NCBI GenBank assembly: GCA_903839905.1
Contig: CAIMDX010000036.1
Location: forward strand, 1-46,047
Direction: 5' to 3'
DNA from: an uncultured bacterium
GTDB lineage: Bacteria; Patescibacteriota; Minisyncoccia; Minisyncoccales; JAQTVQ01
DNA length: 46,047 nt
Position 1 is the stretch's first letter, and every line of letters begins with the position of its first letter. The position numbers and the translations under genes were made by a program. Of the stretch, positions 17,691 through 26,345 are shown in pieces. The notes beneath the pieces were generated by a model. It saw only the letters and a program-made list of their open reading frames with translations, searched no databases and had not been told where the DNA came from.

Positions 17691-19553
17691 ATGATTATGG
17701 CGAATAAGGCAGAAGAAAACAAAAAAGCGATAGAATTGGAGCTTTTGGCACCAGCCAAAGATTTTAATGCGGGGAAACTGGCCATTCTTGCTGGAGCGGA
17801 TGCCGTATATATAGGAGGTCCACAATTCAGCGCAAGGTCTGCAGCTGGGAATTCTTGGGAAGATATCGGGGCCTTGGTTAAATTTGCGCACCAATATTAT
17901 GCTAAAATTTATTTGCCCATCAATACTATTTTTTTTGACGAGGAAGCCGTGGCTGTGAAAGAAGCAATCTATAAGGCTTATGAAATAGGGGTGGATGCGA
18001 TCATTATCCAGGATATGGGAATAATGGAAATGGATTTGCCTCCTATCCCTATTTTTGCCAGTACTCAGGCGCATAATTACGAAGCAGGGCAGGTGAAGTT
18101 TTTAGAAGAGGCTGGTTTTTCAAGAGTGATTCTGGCCAGGGAATGCAGCTTGGAGCAGATCAAAAGAATAAGAGAAAACACCAAGGTTGATTTGGAAGTT
18201 TTTGTGCATGGCGCTTTATGCGTTTCTTTTTCAGGCAGGTGTTATTTAAGCCAGGCTATTTGCGGAAAAAGCGCCAACAGGGGAAAGTGCATCCAAGCTT
18301 GCCGTTTGCCTTTTTCGCTGGTTGACGCAAATGGCAAAGAACTGGCGAAAGATAAATTTCTTTTGTCTTTGAAAGATTTTAATCTTTCCGGCTCTCTCCA
18401 GGAATTGATTGATGCCGGAGTTACTTCTTTTAAAATAGAAGGAAGATTGAAAAGCGAGATCTATGTCGGCAATGTAGTTGCCAAGTATCGCCAAGAGCTG
18501 GACAAGATCATTGCGGCCGGAAAAGGGAAATACAAAAGGCCTTCTTCCGGCATCACTGAATTGGATTTTGAACCTGATTTGGAAAGGACTTTTAACAGGG
18601 GATATACCGATTATTTTTTTCATGGCAGACAGAAAGAAATAGTTTCCGTGGACAGCCAAAAATCTTTGGGCAAGCTTATGGGGAAAGTGAAAGAAAAGGG
18701 AGACGGCTATTTTATTTTAGACCGTGAAAATGACCTGAAGAATGGAGATGGTTTATGCTGGTTTGACGAAAAAGATAATTTGACAGGAACCAATATCAAT
18801 TTAGTTGAGGATGAAGTTATTTATCCTAATAAATGGTTTTCGTTAAAAATTGGAACTGATGTTTATAGAAATTTAGATACGGCTTTCGGCAAGAAAGTTT
18901 TAAACGGAGCCGATAGGCGGGTGGCAGTTGATTTTATTATCAAAGAAGCTGAAAAAGGCTTTAGCGTGTCGGCTAAGGATGAGGACGGCAATGCCGTTGA
19001 AAAAGAATTTATCTTTGAGAAAAAGTTAGCCAAGAAACCGGAGCTAGTGGAGAACAGTTGGAAACAGCAGTTCTCAAAACTGGGAGACAGTCCGTTTTAT
19101 GCCAGAAATTTTTCTTTTCAATCCAGCCAGCCGTATTTTTTACCGATGTCTGTTTTGAACGATTGGAGGCGAGAATTGATTTCAGATCTTTTCAAAATAA
19201 GGATAAAAAATTATTGCAGAATTTTAGTTGAGCATAAAAAGGCGGATAATCCTTATCCGTATAAGGAGCTTGATTATTCTTTTAATGTTGCCAACAGCTT
19301 GGCTCGGAAGTTTTATCAAAGGCATGGCGCTGAAGTTTTGGAAGAGTCTTTTGAGCAGCAGAAAGATACCAGCGGCAAGAAGTTGATGACAACCAGGCAT
19401 TGCTTGCGTTATTTTTTGGGAGCTTGTCCGAAAAATCTTGAAGAAGGAAAACCTGATTTCAAAGAGCCGCTGTCTTTAGTCTATAACGACCGTAAATTCC
19501 AGTTGAGTTTTGATTGCGATAAATGCGTAATGGAAGTTTGGAACGAAGAGTAA
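17691..19553 (+). CDS. U32-family peptidase-like protein
   Basis: EVFVHGALCVSFSGRCYLS exactly fits the U32 signature E-x-F-x2-G-[SA]-[LIVM]-C-x4-G-x-C-x-[LIVM]-S. N-terminal LELLAPAKD...GADAVYIGG. Confidence 0.9.
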   Translation: MIMANKAEENKKAIELELLAPAKDFNAGKLAILAGADAVYIGGPQFSARSAAGNSWEDIGALVKFAHQYYAKIYLPINTIFFDEEAVAVKEAIYKAYEIGVDAIIIQDMGIMEMDLPPIPIFASTQAHNYEAGQVKFLEEAGFSRVILARECSLEQIKRIRENTKVDLEVFVHGALCVSFSGRCYLSQAICGKSANRGKCIQACRLPFSLVDANGKELAKDKFLLSLKDFNLSGSLQELIDAGVTSFKIEGRLKSEIYVGNVVAKYRQELDKIIAAGKGKYKRPSSGITELDFEPDLERTFNRGYTDYFFHGRQKEIVSVDSQKSLGKLMGKVKEKGDGYFILDRENDLKNGDGLCWFDEKDNLTGTNINLVEDEVIYPNKWFSLKIGTDVYRNLDTAFGKKVLNGADRRVAVDFIIKEAEKGFSVSAKDEDGNAVEKEFIFEKKLAKKPELVENSWKQQFSKLGDSPFYARNFSFQSSQPYFLPMSVLNDWRRELISDLFKIRIKNYCRILVEHKKADNPYPYKELDYSFNVANSLARKFYQRHGAEVLEESFEQQKDTSGKKLMTTRHCLRYFLGACPKNLEEGKPDFKEPLSLVYNDRKFQLSFDCDKCVMEVWNEE

Positions 19554-19712
19554 AAATAGTTCATTATTGAGCTGATTTTTTGCAAACCGTCTGATTCCTA
19601 GGGGGGATTGGGCGGTTTTTTGCGTGTGTATAACTTTTTACCGGATTATTGTATAATGGGCTTAATCTCGGCTGCGGGCCGAGATTATAATATTTAATTA
19701 TTTAGACAAAAA

Positions 19713-20702
19713 ATGGACCCACTCCTTTTAGGAATTTTATTGTGGATAGCAGTTCGTTTTGTTTTTACCGGTTTTTTTGTGGTAGAGCAAAATGAAAGGG
19801 CGGTAAAAACCGTGTTTGGCCGCGCTCAACGATTTGGCTTGATAAGCACGCTGGACGATCCGGAATTTTTAAATTCATTGAACGAAGATGAGCGGGACAG
19901 ATATAATTTTCCGCAACTTAAAGTCGTAAAGCCCGGTGGGCCTTATTTTAAATTGCCTTGGGAAAAAGTTTATAAGGTTTCAATAGCTACCAATTTGGTC
20001 AGCATTGCTTACGATCCGGAAGATCCTTCTGTTAATAACCATAACACTGTTTTGGAAGCGGTTACCAAAGACCAGCTTAATATTAATTTAAGAGGCCAGA
20101 TGCGCTATGCGGTTTCCGAGCGCAATCTTTACGCTTTTATTTTTGGCGTTAGAAATCCCATTGCTCATGTGATGGGTTATTTTATATCCATCCTTCGCGA
20201 GCGCATCGCCAATTTTGAAGCTCCTAAAAAAGATAACGCGGAGTTAATTTCCATTCCAGCTTCTTTGCCTGGCGTTTACGGAATTTCCATAAATGATCTA
20301 AGGAAGAATTTAGGGGATCTTAACAGCCATATGGAAAAAGAATGCAGATCGTCGGCTGCGCGTTACGGCATCACGCTTGATGCCGCACTTCTTACCGATA
20401 TTGAACCGCCGCAAGAAGTAGAATCGGCGCTCGCGGCAATTAATACGGCGCATAACCAAGTTTCTTCGGAGATCAGTTTGGCTCAAGCTGGAGCAGACCA
20501 AAGAATAGTCCAGTCAAAGAGAGCCGTAGAGATAGAAACGCTGAATGCCCAGGCAGAGGTTCAGCTTTTGGATCAGCTGGCGGCGCAGCTGGGAGAGATC
20601 AAGGCTGGAGATAAAAAGACCTTGCCTGCATATTTACGCAATGTAAAACTTGCAATCTTGTCCAAGGCCAAAAGAATTATTTTAGAAACAAAAAAACAAT
20701 AA
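19713..20702 (+). CDS. SPFH/band-7 domain protein (paralogue 1)
   Basis: N-terminal TM, then VVEQNERAVKTVFGR, a typical SPFH start, and a C-terminal coiled coil rich in A/Q/E. Confidence 0.8.
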   Translation: MDPLLLGILLWIAVRFVFTGFFVVEQNERAVKTVFGRAQRFGLISTLDDPEFLNSLNEDERDRYNFPQLKVVKPGGPYFKLPWEKVYKVSIATNLVSIAYDPEDPSVNNHNTVLEAVTKDQLNINLRGQMRYAVSERNLYAFIFGVRNPIAHVMGYFISILRERIANFEAPKKDNAELISIPASLPGVYGISINDLRKNLGDLNSHMEKECRSSAARYGITLDAALLTDIEPPQEVESALAAINTAHNQVSSEISLAQAGADQRIVQSKRAVEIETLNAQAEVQLLDQLAAQLGEIKAGDKKTLPAYLRNVKLAILSKAKRIILETKKQ

Positions 20703-20703
20703 T

Positions 20704-21681
20704 ATGGCAATACCAACACTATTCACGGCAATTTTTATCGCATCATTATTTTTTTTACTGGAGTTTGTTTTGCGGGCATTGGGACATATTTTCGGTTTTT
20801 ACGCGGTCATCCAGGAAAAAGAGGCAAGAGTTTATGTTTTATTCGGCGATATAGTGGGCGTTATCAAAGAACCAGGTTTTCATTTTTTGTGGACCGAACT
20901 CGGCTGGAAAGCCTTTTTCGTGAACTGGCTGGGCAGATCTTATAAAAGGAACTTAGGGCTTGATCAGGAATATTTAAGAAGTATTCCTGTTAATTCTGAA
21001 GAAGGAACTCCTATGGGTATCGGCGTATGGTGCGAGATGTTCATCTCTGATCCCGTGGCCCATATTTTTAAAAATGTTGATCCCCAGGGATCGCTTAGCG
21101 CCAATGTTAAAAATGCAACAATCAAACATCTAAGCAACCTGCCTTTATTGGAGATGCTCGTCAACAGGCATCCTATGAGCCAAGCGGTGCGCGAGGATGT
21201 TTCGTCCGAGTCTATCCAATGGGGATATAAGCTCGGTTCGGTATATATCCGCAAGGTTCATTTCCGCGATAATGAAATGGTTAGGCAAATTGAAAGCAAG
21301 GTGGTAAATCGTTTAAGGCAGGTGACTTCTGCCATAAGGCAAGACGGTTTGAATCAGGTCAATATCATTAAGAGCAAGGCGGAGCAGGAAGCTTCGGTGG
21401 AGTTTGCCAGGGCATCAAGCATGAGGCCGAAAATTGTCAGCGATACAATCAAAAAAATATCAAAAGATCCGGAAGTCCTTTCAACGATGTTTGATATTCT
21501 TGAGTGCCAGCGGATTATTGAGGGAGGAAATGAATTAACCTTGATTCCCGAAGGATCCAAAGACGGCATCCTTGCCCAGTTGTTGGCCGCGGAAAATAAT
21601 AAGGGTATTGAACCTAAAAAAATGGTATCTGGCCAAGTGAATAATAATTTGCCTGCTTTGAAAGGCATCAATACAAATTAA
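20704..21681 (+). CDS. SPFH/band-7 domain protein (paralogue 2)
   Basis: N-terminal TM, then VIQEKEARVYVLFGD. Its start lies 1 nt after the stop of paralogue 1. Confidence 0.75.
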   Translation: MAIPTLFTAIFIASLFFLLEFVLRALGHIFGFYAVIQEKEARVYVLFGDIVGVIKEPGFHFLWTELGWKAFFVNWLGRSYKRNLGLDQEYLRSIPVNSEEGTPMGIGVWCEMFISDPVAHIFKNVDPQGSLSANVKNATIKHLSNLPLLEMLVNRHPMSQAVREDVSSESIQWGYKLGSVYIRKVHFRDNEMVRQIESKVVNRLRQVTSAIRQDGLNQVNIIKSKAEQEASVEFARASSMRPKIVSDTIKKISKDPEVLSTMFDILECQRIIEGGNELTLIPEGSKDGILAQLLAAENNKGIEPKKMVSGQVNNNLPALKGINTN

Positions 21682-21697
21682 GAATTATATTTGAGCT

Positions 21698-23392
21698 ATG
21701 CTTTTTCAGAAAAATAAACTGGTAAAATACGGCTTTTTGTGCGCGCTGATGGCCGCCGGGTTATTTTTTTTGGAAAAAGAAGATTTTTCTTCGGCGGAAA
21801 CAAGTACGAGTACGGCAACTTCAGTAGTTAATAATACCAGTTCAGTTTGCTTGCAAGACAATTGGTCTTGTGGAAATTGGGGAGAGTGTATCGGCGGTTT
21901 TCAAGCCCGTTTCTGCGAAAATATTTTAGATTGCCCGAACATCACAAGCGTTTCTCCAGCAACCAAGCAAAGCTGTACGGCAGTTGCCGCTTCAACGACT
22001 ACCTCAACAGTTGTAAATTATTGCCAATATGATTTTTCAGAATACGGCGCGTGCGAAAACGGCAAGCAATATCGCAAAATTATTAGCCGTTTGCCGGAGG
22101 GATGTATTGATAAAACAATAGAATCGTTAGAGAGGAGCTGTACGGCGTCTGAAATTTTAAAAACTTGTTTATATTCTTACAGTGATTGGAGCAGTTGCCT
22201 TAATGGCAAAAAAACAAGAAGCCTCATTTCTGTTTCTTTAGATTGTTTGCCTGGCAATCCGATCCTTGAAGAAAAATGCGAGCCGCTGGGGAGCTGTACT
22301 GAAAGGGATTGGAGATGCGGAGAATGGAGCAGTTGTATTTCAAGCACAAAGCAATATAGAAATTGTTCATTGGCTTATGATTGCGTTATTGTTCCCGAAA
22401 CGAAGCCGCTGATGGCAAGAGAATGTTCGGCCTCTGCCAATATTTCTATCAGCCAAGAAAATACGAGTTCAAGCGGACCAGGCGGACAGTTCGGTCAAAA
22501 TAATCAAAGCCAGACGGCAATAGACCCGGCGGTTCGCCAGTTTTTATCCGATTATTCCGGATACTCGGCCATTGCCGATCCCGAAAATAAATCTTTATCC
22601 GTCAACTTGGATGAAAATGGCACGAGCAGCAGGGGAGAAACCGGAGTAAAAGAAATAAAGATTGAAGGTTTTCCTTTAGCCTTTTCAGGTAGTAAAATTT
22701 CCGTTATTTTGTCTCCCATGGCTGTTGCAGATCAACAGCAGATTTTGTCGCCAGTCGCCATCGTTTTTGATGCTAACAAAAACGGCATCCCTGACGATAC
22801 TGAAAAACGAATGAATATAGTTCCGATTGATGTTAAATTAATAGACCAGAAAGAATTGTCTTTTTTAAGCGGAATTGATCAGGCTTTAATTAATGGCAAA
22901 CCGCTGGAGCAGCCGAAATTGAGCGACGGTCTGAAGGAAAGCAAATTGTTAACCGTTAATTCCATTGAAACTGTTCAAATTGAGAATACCGGAATCGGAA
23001 GCATTTTAAGGATTCAAGGCAAAGCCGAGCCGAACCAAGTGGTTACTTTATTTATCTACAGTGTTATGCCTATTGTTTTGACTGCCAAGGCTGATGCTTA
23101 TGGAAATTGGATCTATGATCTGGACAAATCGCTGGTGGACGGCAAGCATGAAATTTATGCAGCAGTGAATAACAGCGAGGGGCGAATTATAGCGGCCAGC
23201 CTGCCGACGCCATTTTTCATTCAGGAAGCTAAAGCCGTTACCATTGGCGATTTTATCGGTATACAAAAAACAGCCGCGGTTCCCGATGCATCCAACAATA
23301 TGATAAATTTTTATTTGGCCGGCGGAATTGTCTTTATCTTTCTTTTAATCGCAGGCTTTCTTTTCATCAGGAAAAAATCGCTTGGGAAATGA
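21698..23392 (+). CDS. surface protein with four Cys/Trp repeats (TSP1-like), Ig-like domain and C-terminal TM anchor
   Basis: Signal-like N-terminus. Four repeats of about 45 aa with the pattern C-x5-6-[WY]-[SG]-x-C-x2-3-G-x3-R...C...C. An Ig-like strand pattern lies near the C-terminus. Terminal TM LAGGIVFIFLLIAGFLFI followed by RKK. Confidence 0.65.
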   Translation: MLFQKNKLVKYGFLCALMAAGLFFLEKEDFSSAETSTSTATSVVNNTSSVCLQDNWSCGNWGECIGGFQARFCENILDCPNITSVSPATKQSCTAVAASTTTSTVVNYCQYDFSEYGACENGKQYRKIISRLPEGCIDKTIESLERSCTASEILKTCLYSYSDWSSCLNGKKTRSLISVSLDCLPGNPILEEKCEPLGSCTERDWRCGEWSSCISSTKQYRNCSLAYDCVIVPETKPLMARECSASANISISQENTSSSGPGGQFGQNNQSQTAIDPAVRQFLSDYSGYSAIADPENKSLSVNLDENGTSSRGETGVKEIKIEGFPLAFSGSKISVILSPMAVADQQQILSPVAIVFDANKNGIPDDTEKRMNIVPIDVKLIDQKELSFLSGIDQALINGKPLEQPKLSDGLKESKLLTVNSIETVQIENTGIGSILRIQGKAEPNQVVTLFIYSVMPIVLTAKADAYGNWIYDLDKSLVDGKHEIYAAVNNSEGRIIAASLPTPFFIQEAKAVTIGDFIGIQKTAAVPDASNNMINFYLAGGIVFIFLLIAGFLFIRKKSLGK

Positions 23393-23431
23393 TTTGTACC
23401 CCAAAAAGCGGACACTTTTTGGGGTACAAAT
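23392..23431. terminator. bidirectional terminator, 17-bp perfect stem
   Basis: ATTTGTACCCCAAAAAG-CGGACA-CTTTTTGGGGTACAAAT between convergent genes. Confidence 0.75.
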
Positions 23432-23461
23432 AAAAATAAGCAATTTTTTATTGGGTGATTT

Positions 23462-24094
23462 TTAGAAATAGCGGTAGACGCACCAAAAATGGGCTATCGT
23501 TCCGGCGAGAATGAAAAAGTGGAACAATTCGTGAAAGCCGAAATTTTTAGTGAAATTCGGTTTTTTTAATATATATATAACAGCGCCGATGGTATAGAAA
23601 AAGCCTCCGGCGGCAACGAGGGCGATGATCATTGGATATAAGCGCATCGGATAAACAAGAGCCGCTCCGATCCAACCCATGAATAAATATAATCCCGTTG
23701 AGGCCCATCTTGGGAAGTGCTTCCAGAAAGAATCAAAAAAGATGGCAGTGGTGCCGATAGCCGCAAGAATCCAGACGCTTGCGAAAACAATCCAGCCTAG
23801 CAATCCATTGAGTAGGACAAGGCAAAAAGGGGTGAATGTTCCGGCAATCAGGAAATAAATTAAAGCATGGTCCAGTTTTCTTGAGTAACCGATTTTTTCG
23901 CTGGGAGCTCCGAACAAATGGTACCAAGCGCTGGCGAGATAAAGAGAGAAGGCAGCTGTTCCAAAAACCAAGAAAGAGAATAATTGCAGACCGGTTTCAG
24001 CTTTCTTAACAAGGAAGACGGATCCGACGAGAAAGATCATAGCTCCGACAAGGTGCGAATAGCCACTTATCGGATCTTTTATTTTTAAATTCAT
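23462..24094 (-). CDS. hemolysin III / PAQR family membrane protein
   Basis: 7 TM helices with conserved His positions (SGYSHL, AWYHL, FGFHELFHFFILAGTIAHF). Confidence 0.85.
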   Translation of the reverse strand: MNLKIKDPISGYSHLVGAMIFLVGSVFLVKKAETGLQLFSFLVFGTAAFSLYLASAWYHLFGAPSEKIGYSRKLDHALIYFLIAGTFTPFCLVLLNGLLGWIVFASVWILAAIGTTAIFFDSFWKHFPRWASTGLYLFMGWIGAALVYPMRLYPMIIALVAAGGFFYTIGAVIYILKKPNFTKNFGFHELFHFFILAGTIAHFWCVYRYF

Positions 24095-24269
24095 AAATTG
24101 ATTATACTATAAGGGGTTATCTGCCTGAAAGTGGATAGCCATCTGGCGCAAGCAGGAGTATTGCCCCGATGAAAGAAATGGTATATTATTAACATTCAAA
24201 AATAAGCTTGTCCATTGATAATCATTTTAAGTAAAATGCTCCGCTGGCTTCCAGGGAGTTATTTTAATA

Positions 24270-24920
24270 ATGGCAGAAAAGAAGAACCAAAATATCAATA
24301 ATAAAGACGGGATTTTGCTGGTTATTACCGGGCCGAGCGGCGTGGGCAAAGACACGATTATCGCCGAATTTTTAAAGAAGAACCCGGACTTTAAAAAATT
24401 AGTGACCGATACCAGCCGTTTGCCGAGGGAAAGAGAAATAGAAGGGAAAGACTACAATTTTTTTACCTGCGAAGAGTTTTTAAAAAGAGCGGAAAATGGT
24501 TTCTATCTGGAACATGTGGAGGTCCGGCCCAAAGAATACAAAGGAACAAGCCGGGAGGCTATTCAGGAAGTTTTTTCCGGAAAGCATATTATCTGGAAGA
24601 TAGACGAATATTCCGGAGCGCACACGAAAGAAATATTTCAAGTAACTATGCCCGATTTGGCCGAAGAGATGATCGCCAGGACAATAACTATTTATATTTC
24701 TCCGGAGGAGTGGAGCCAGTTGCGCGAGCAATATTTTGCACGGGAAAGCAAAGCCAACCAAGAATGGTTTTTAGTCAAGTTGGGGAGAGATAAAGAAATG
24801 TGGAATCTTTATAGAGATAGATTTGACCATATCGTTGTCAATAGAAGAAGAAAAGTTAGCGAAACGGTTTCCGAGCTGGAAAGAATCATTAAAGAGAAAA
24901 TAGAAAAGATCAAAAAATAG
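24270..24920 (+). CDS. gmk: guanylate kinase-like protein (divergent)
   Basis: P-loop GPSGVGKDT and the guanylate-kinase-like TSRLPREREIEGKDYNFF block. The C-terminal half is divergent. Confidence 0.65.
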   Translation: MAEKKNQNINNKDGILLVITGPSGVGKDTIIAEFLKKNPDFKKLVTDTSRLPREREIEGKDYNFFTCEEFLKRAENGFYLEHVEVRPKEYKGTSREAIQEVFSGKHIIWKIDEYSGAHTKEIFQVTMPDLAEEMIARTITIYISPEEWSQLREQYFARESKANQEWFLVKLGRDKEMWNLYRDRFDHIVVNRRRKVSETVSELERIIKEKIEKIKK

Positions 24921-24980
24921 CAGAAAGCTATGAAATAAATTTACACTGCCTTGGTCTGGGCGGTTTTTTTGTTTTTAGGG

Positions 24981-25736
24981 CTAGACGAGGCAGGTGATGA
25001 TAAAAATAAAGATCACTCCTAAAACGGTAAGCCCGACCATTTTGAGGGAGCTTTGCTTGCTATGCGCTTCGGGCAGGATATCGCTGGCTCCGATGTAAAG
25101 CAGAAAGCCGGCGAAAAAACCGAGATACAGGATAAGAAAATTCTCGGGAAATTTAAAGAAAAAAGTTGAAGCCATGCCAAGAACCGGCGCCGCGGCATCA
25201 ATGGCTAAAAATATTTTTGATTTTTTGACGCTGTTTTTATTGGCGAGCATTAAAGCCATTGTGTTCATTCCATCGGTGAAATCGTGGGAGATGACGGCAA
25301 CAGCGATTAAAAATCCCAAAGCCGGGCTGACTTGAAAGCCGATGCCGATGCTGGCTCCGTCCATAAAACTGTGTCCGGCCAGGGCTAAGGCTGAAAAAAC
25401 ACCGACATTCGGGTGCTTGTGATCGGCGTATTCCGATTCGTGGGCGTGGTGGATAAGGATCGTTTTTTCCAAAATATGGAAAAGTAAAAAACCGGAGACC
25501 AGGGCTGCCATTACTTCAATGGAACCGAGACTGCTTGTTTTAAGCTGTTCTATTATTTCCGGCAAAACATCAAAGCTGACCACTCCCATCAAAACGCCGG
25601 CGGTAAAAGCCATTATAAAATGAATTTTATTTTTGAACTTTAAAGCGAAAAGCCCGCCCAAAAAAGTGGAGAAGAAGGTAATGATCGCAAAAATTGCAGG
25701 GTAAAGAAATTCCATAGATATTATTTTTCCATACAT
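24981..25736 (-). CDS. ZIP-family divalent metal transporter
   Basis: 8 TM helices. Metal-site blocks LAGHSFMDGASIG and ISHDFTDG. His-rich loop HHAHESEYADHKH. Confidence 0.85.
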   Translation of the reverse strand: MYGKIISMEFLYPAIFAIITFFSTFLGGLFALKFKNKIHFIMAFTAGVLMGVVSFDVLPEIIEQLKTSSLGSIEVMAALVSGFLLFHILEKTILIHHAHESEYADHKHPNVGVFSALALAGHSFMDGASIGIGFQVSPALGFLIAVAVISHDFTDGMNTMALMLANKNSVKKSKIFLAIDAAAPVLGMASTFFFKFPENFLILYLGFFAGFLLYIGASDILPEAHSKQSSLKMVGLTVLGVIFIFIITCLV

Positions 25737-25805
25737 AATTTAGCTTAAAAAAGGGATAATCTCAAGGCGTTTTATATAGGCCGATTTTTTGGTAAGATAA
25801 TGATA

Positions 25806-25822
25806 TGAATGATTTTCATTCA
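25806..25822. promoter_or_regulatory. perfect 7-3-7 palindrome TGAATGA-TTT-TCATTCA (Fur-family-like operator candidate)
   Basis: Sits in the divergent ZIP / MazG-like intergenic region and is preceded by GATAATGATA, which resembles Fur-box half sites. Confidence 0.4.
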
Positions 25823-25867
25823 ATATGGTTTTTTATCAAATTATTTTAAAAAGTAAAAATATAGAAT

Positions 25868-26198
25868 ATGGAATTTAACCAATACCAAGAAGAGGCCCGC
25901 AAGAGCGCTATTTATCCGAACAAGGGGAATAATTTTATTTATCCTACGCTGGGGCTGGCCGGGGAAGCCGGGGAAGTGGCGGAGAAGATCAAAAAGATCA
26001 TCCGCGATAGCGATGGCATAGTTTCCGAAGAAAAAAAAAGCGGAATTGGCCAAAGAACTGGGAGATGTTTTATGGTATATTTCCAATTTGGCCGAGGAGC
26101 TGGGACTGAAATTAGAAGATGTCGCAAGGGGGAATATAGAAAAATTGAGATCGCGCCTGGAGAGAGGCAAGGTCCATGGCAACGGCGATAACAGATAA
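25868..26198 (+). pseudogene. MazG-like nucleotide pyrophosphohydrolase, frame broken in an A9 run
   Basis: The upstream frame gives LGLAGEAGEVAEKIKK. After the A9 run (26031-26039), the +1 frame gives AELAKELGDVLWYISNLAEELGLKLEDVARGNIEKLRSRLERGKVHGNGDNR. Confidence 0.8.
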
Positions 26199-26285
26199 AA
26201 CCGTCTTGTTCTTAGAAGATTTCGTGCTATAGTAGGTTTTGTTGAGATTTGCCGGATCGCGTGATCCCATAAAGATATTTTCGCG

Positions 26286-26308
26286 GGCTGGTCTAGGGCC
26301 AGCCTTTT
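26286..26308 (+). promoter_or_regulatory. terminator-like hairpin in the ABC-F leader (attenuator candidate or MazG terminator)
   Basis: GGCTGG-TCTAGGG-CCAGCC + TTTT, lying between a TGCTATAGT element (26225-26233) and the ABC-F start at 26346. Confidence 0.4.
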
Positions 26309-26345
26309 AATTTTCTCCGCGAGAAATGCTATCTCTCAAATAAAT

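Noticed and set aside
17667-18074. 135-aa minus-strand ORF at the start of the U32 gene
   Set aside because: It is antisense to the conserved U32 N-terminus, and I recognise no family in it.
24110-24165. Riboswitch upstream of gmk
   Set aside because: The structured GC-rich segment lies upstream of both divergent -10 elements (minus-strand TATAAT at 24101-24106, plus-strand TGGTATATT at 24179-24187), so neither mRNA should contain it. I see no match to riboswitch cores I know.
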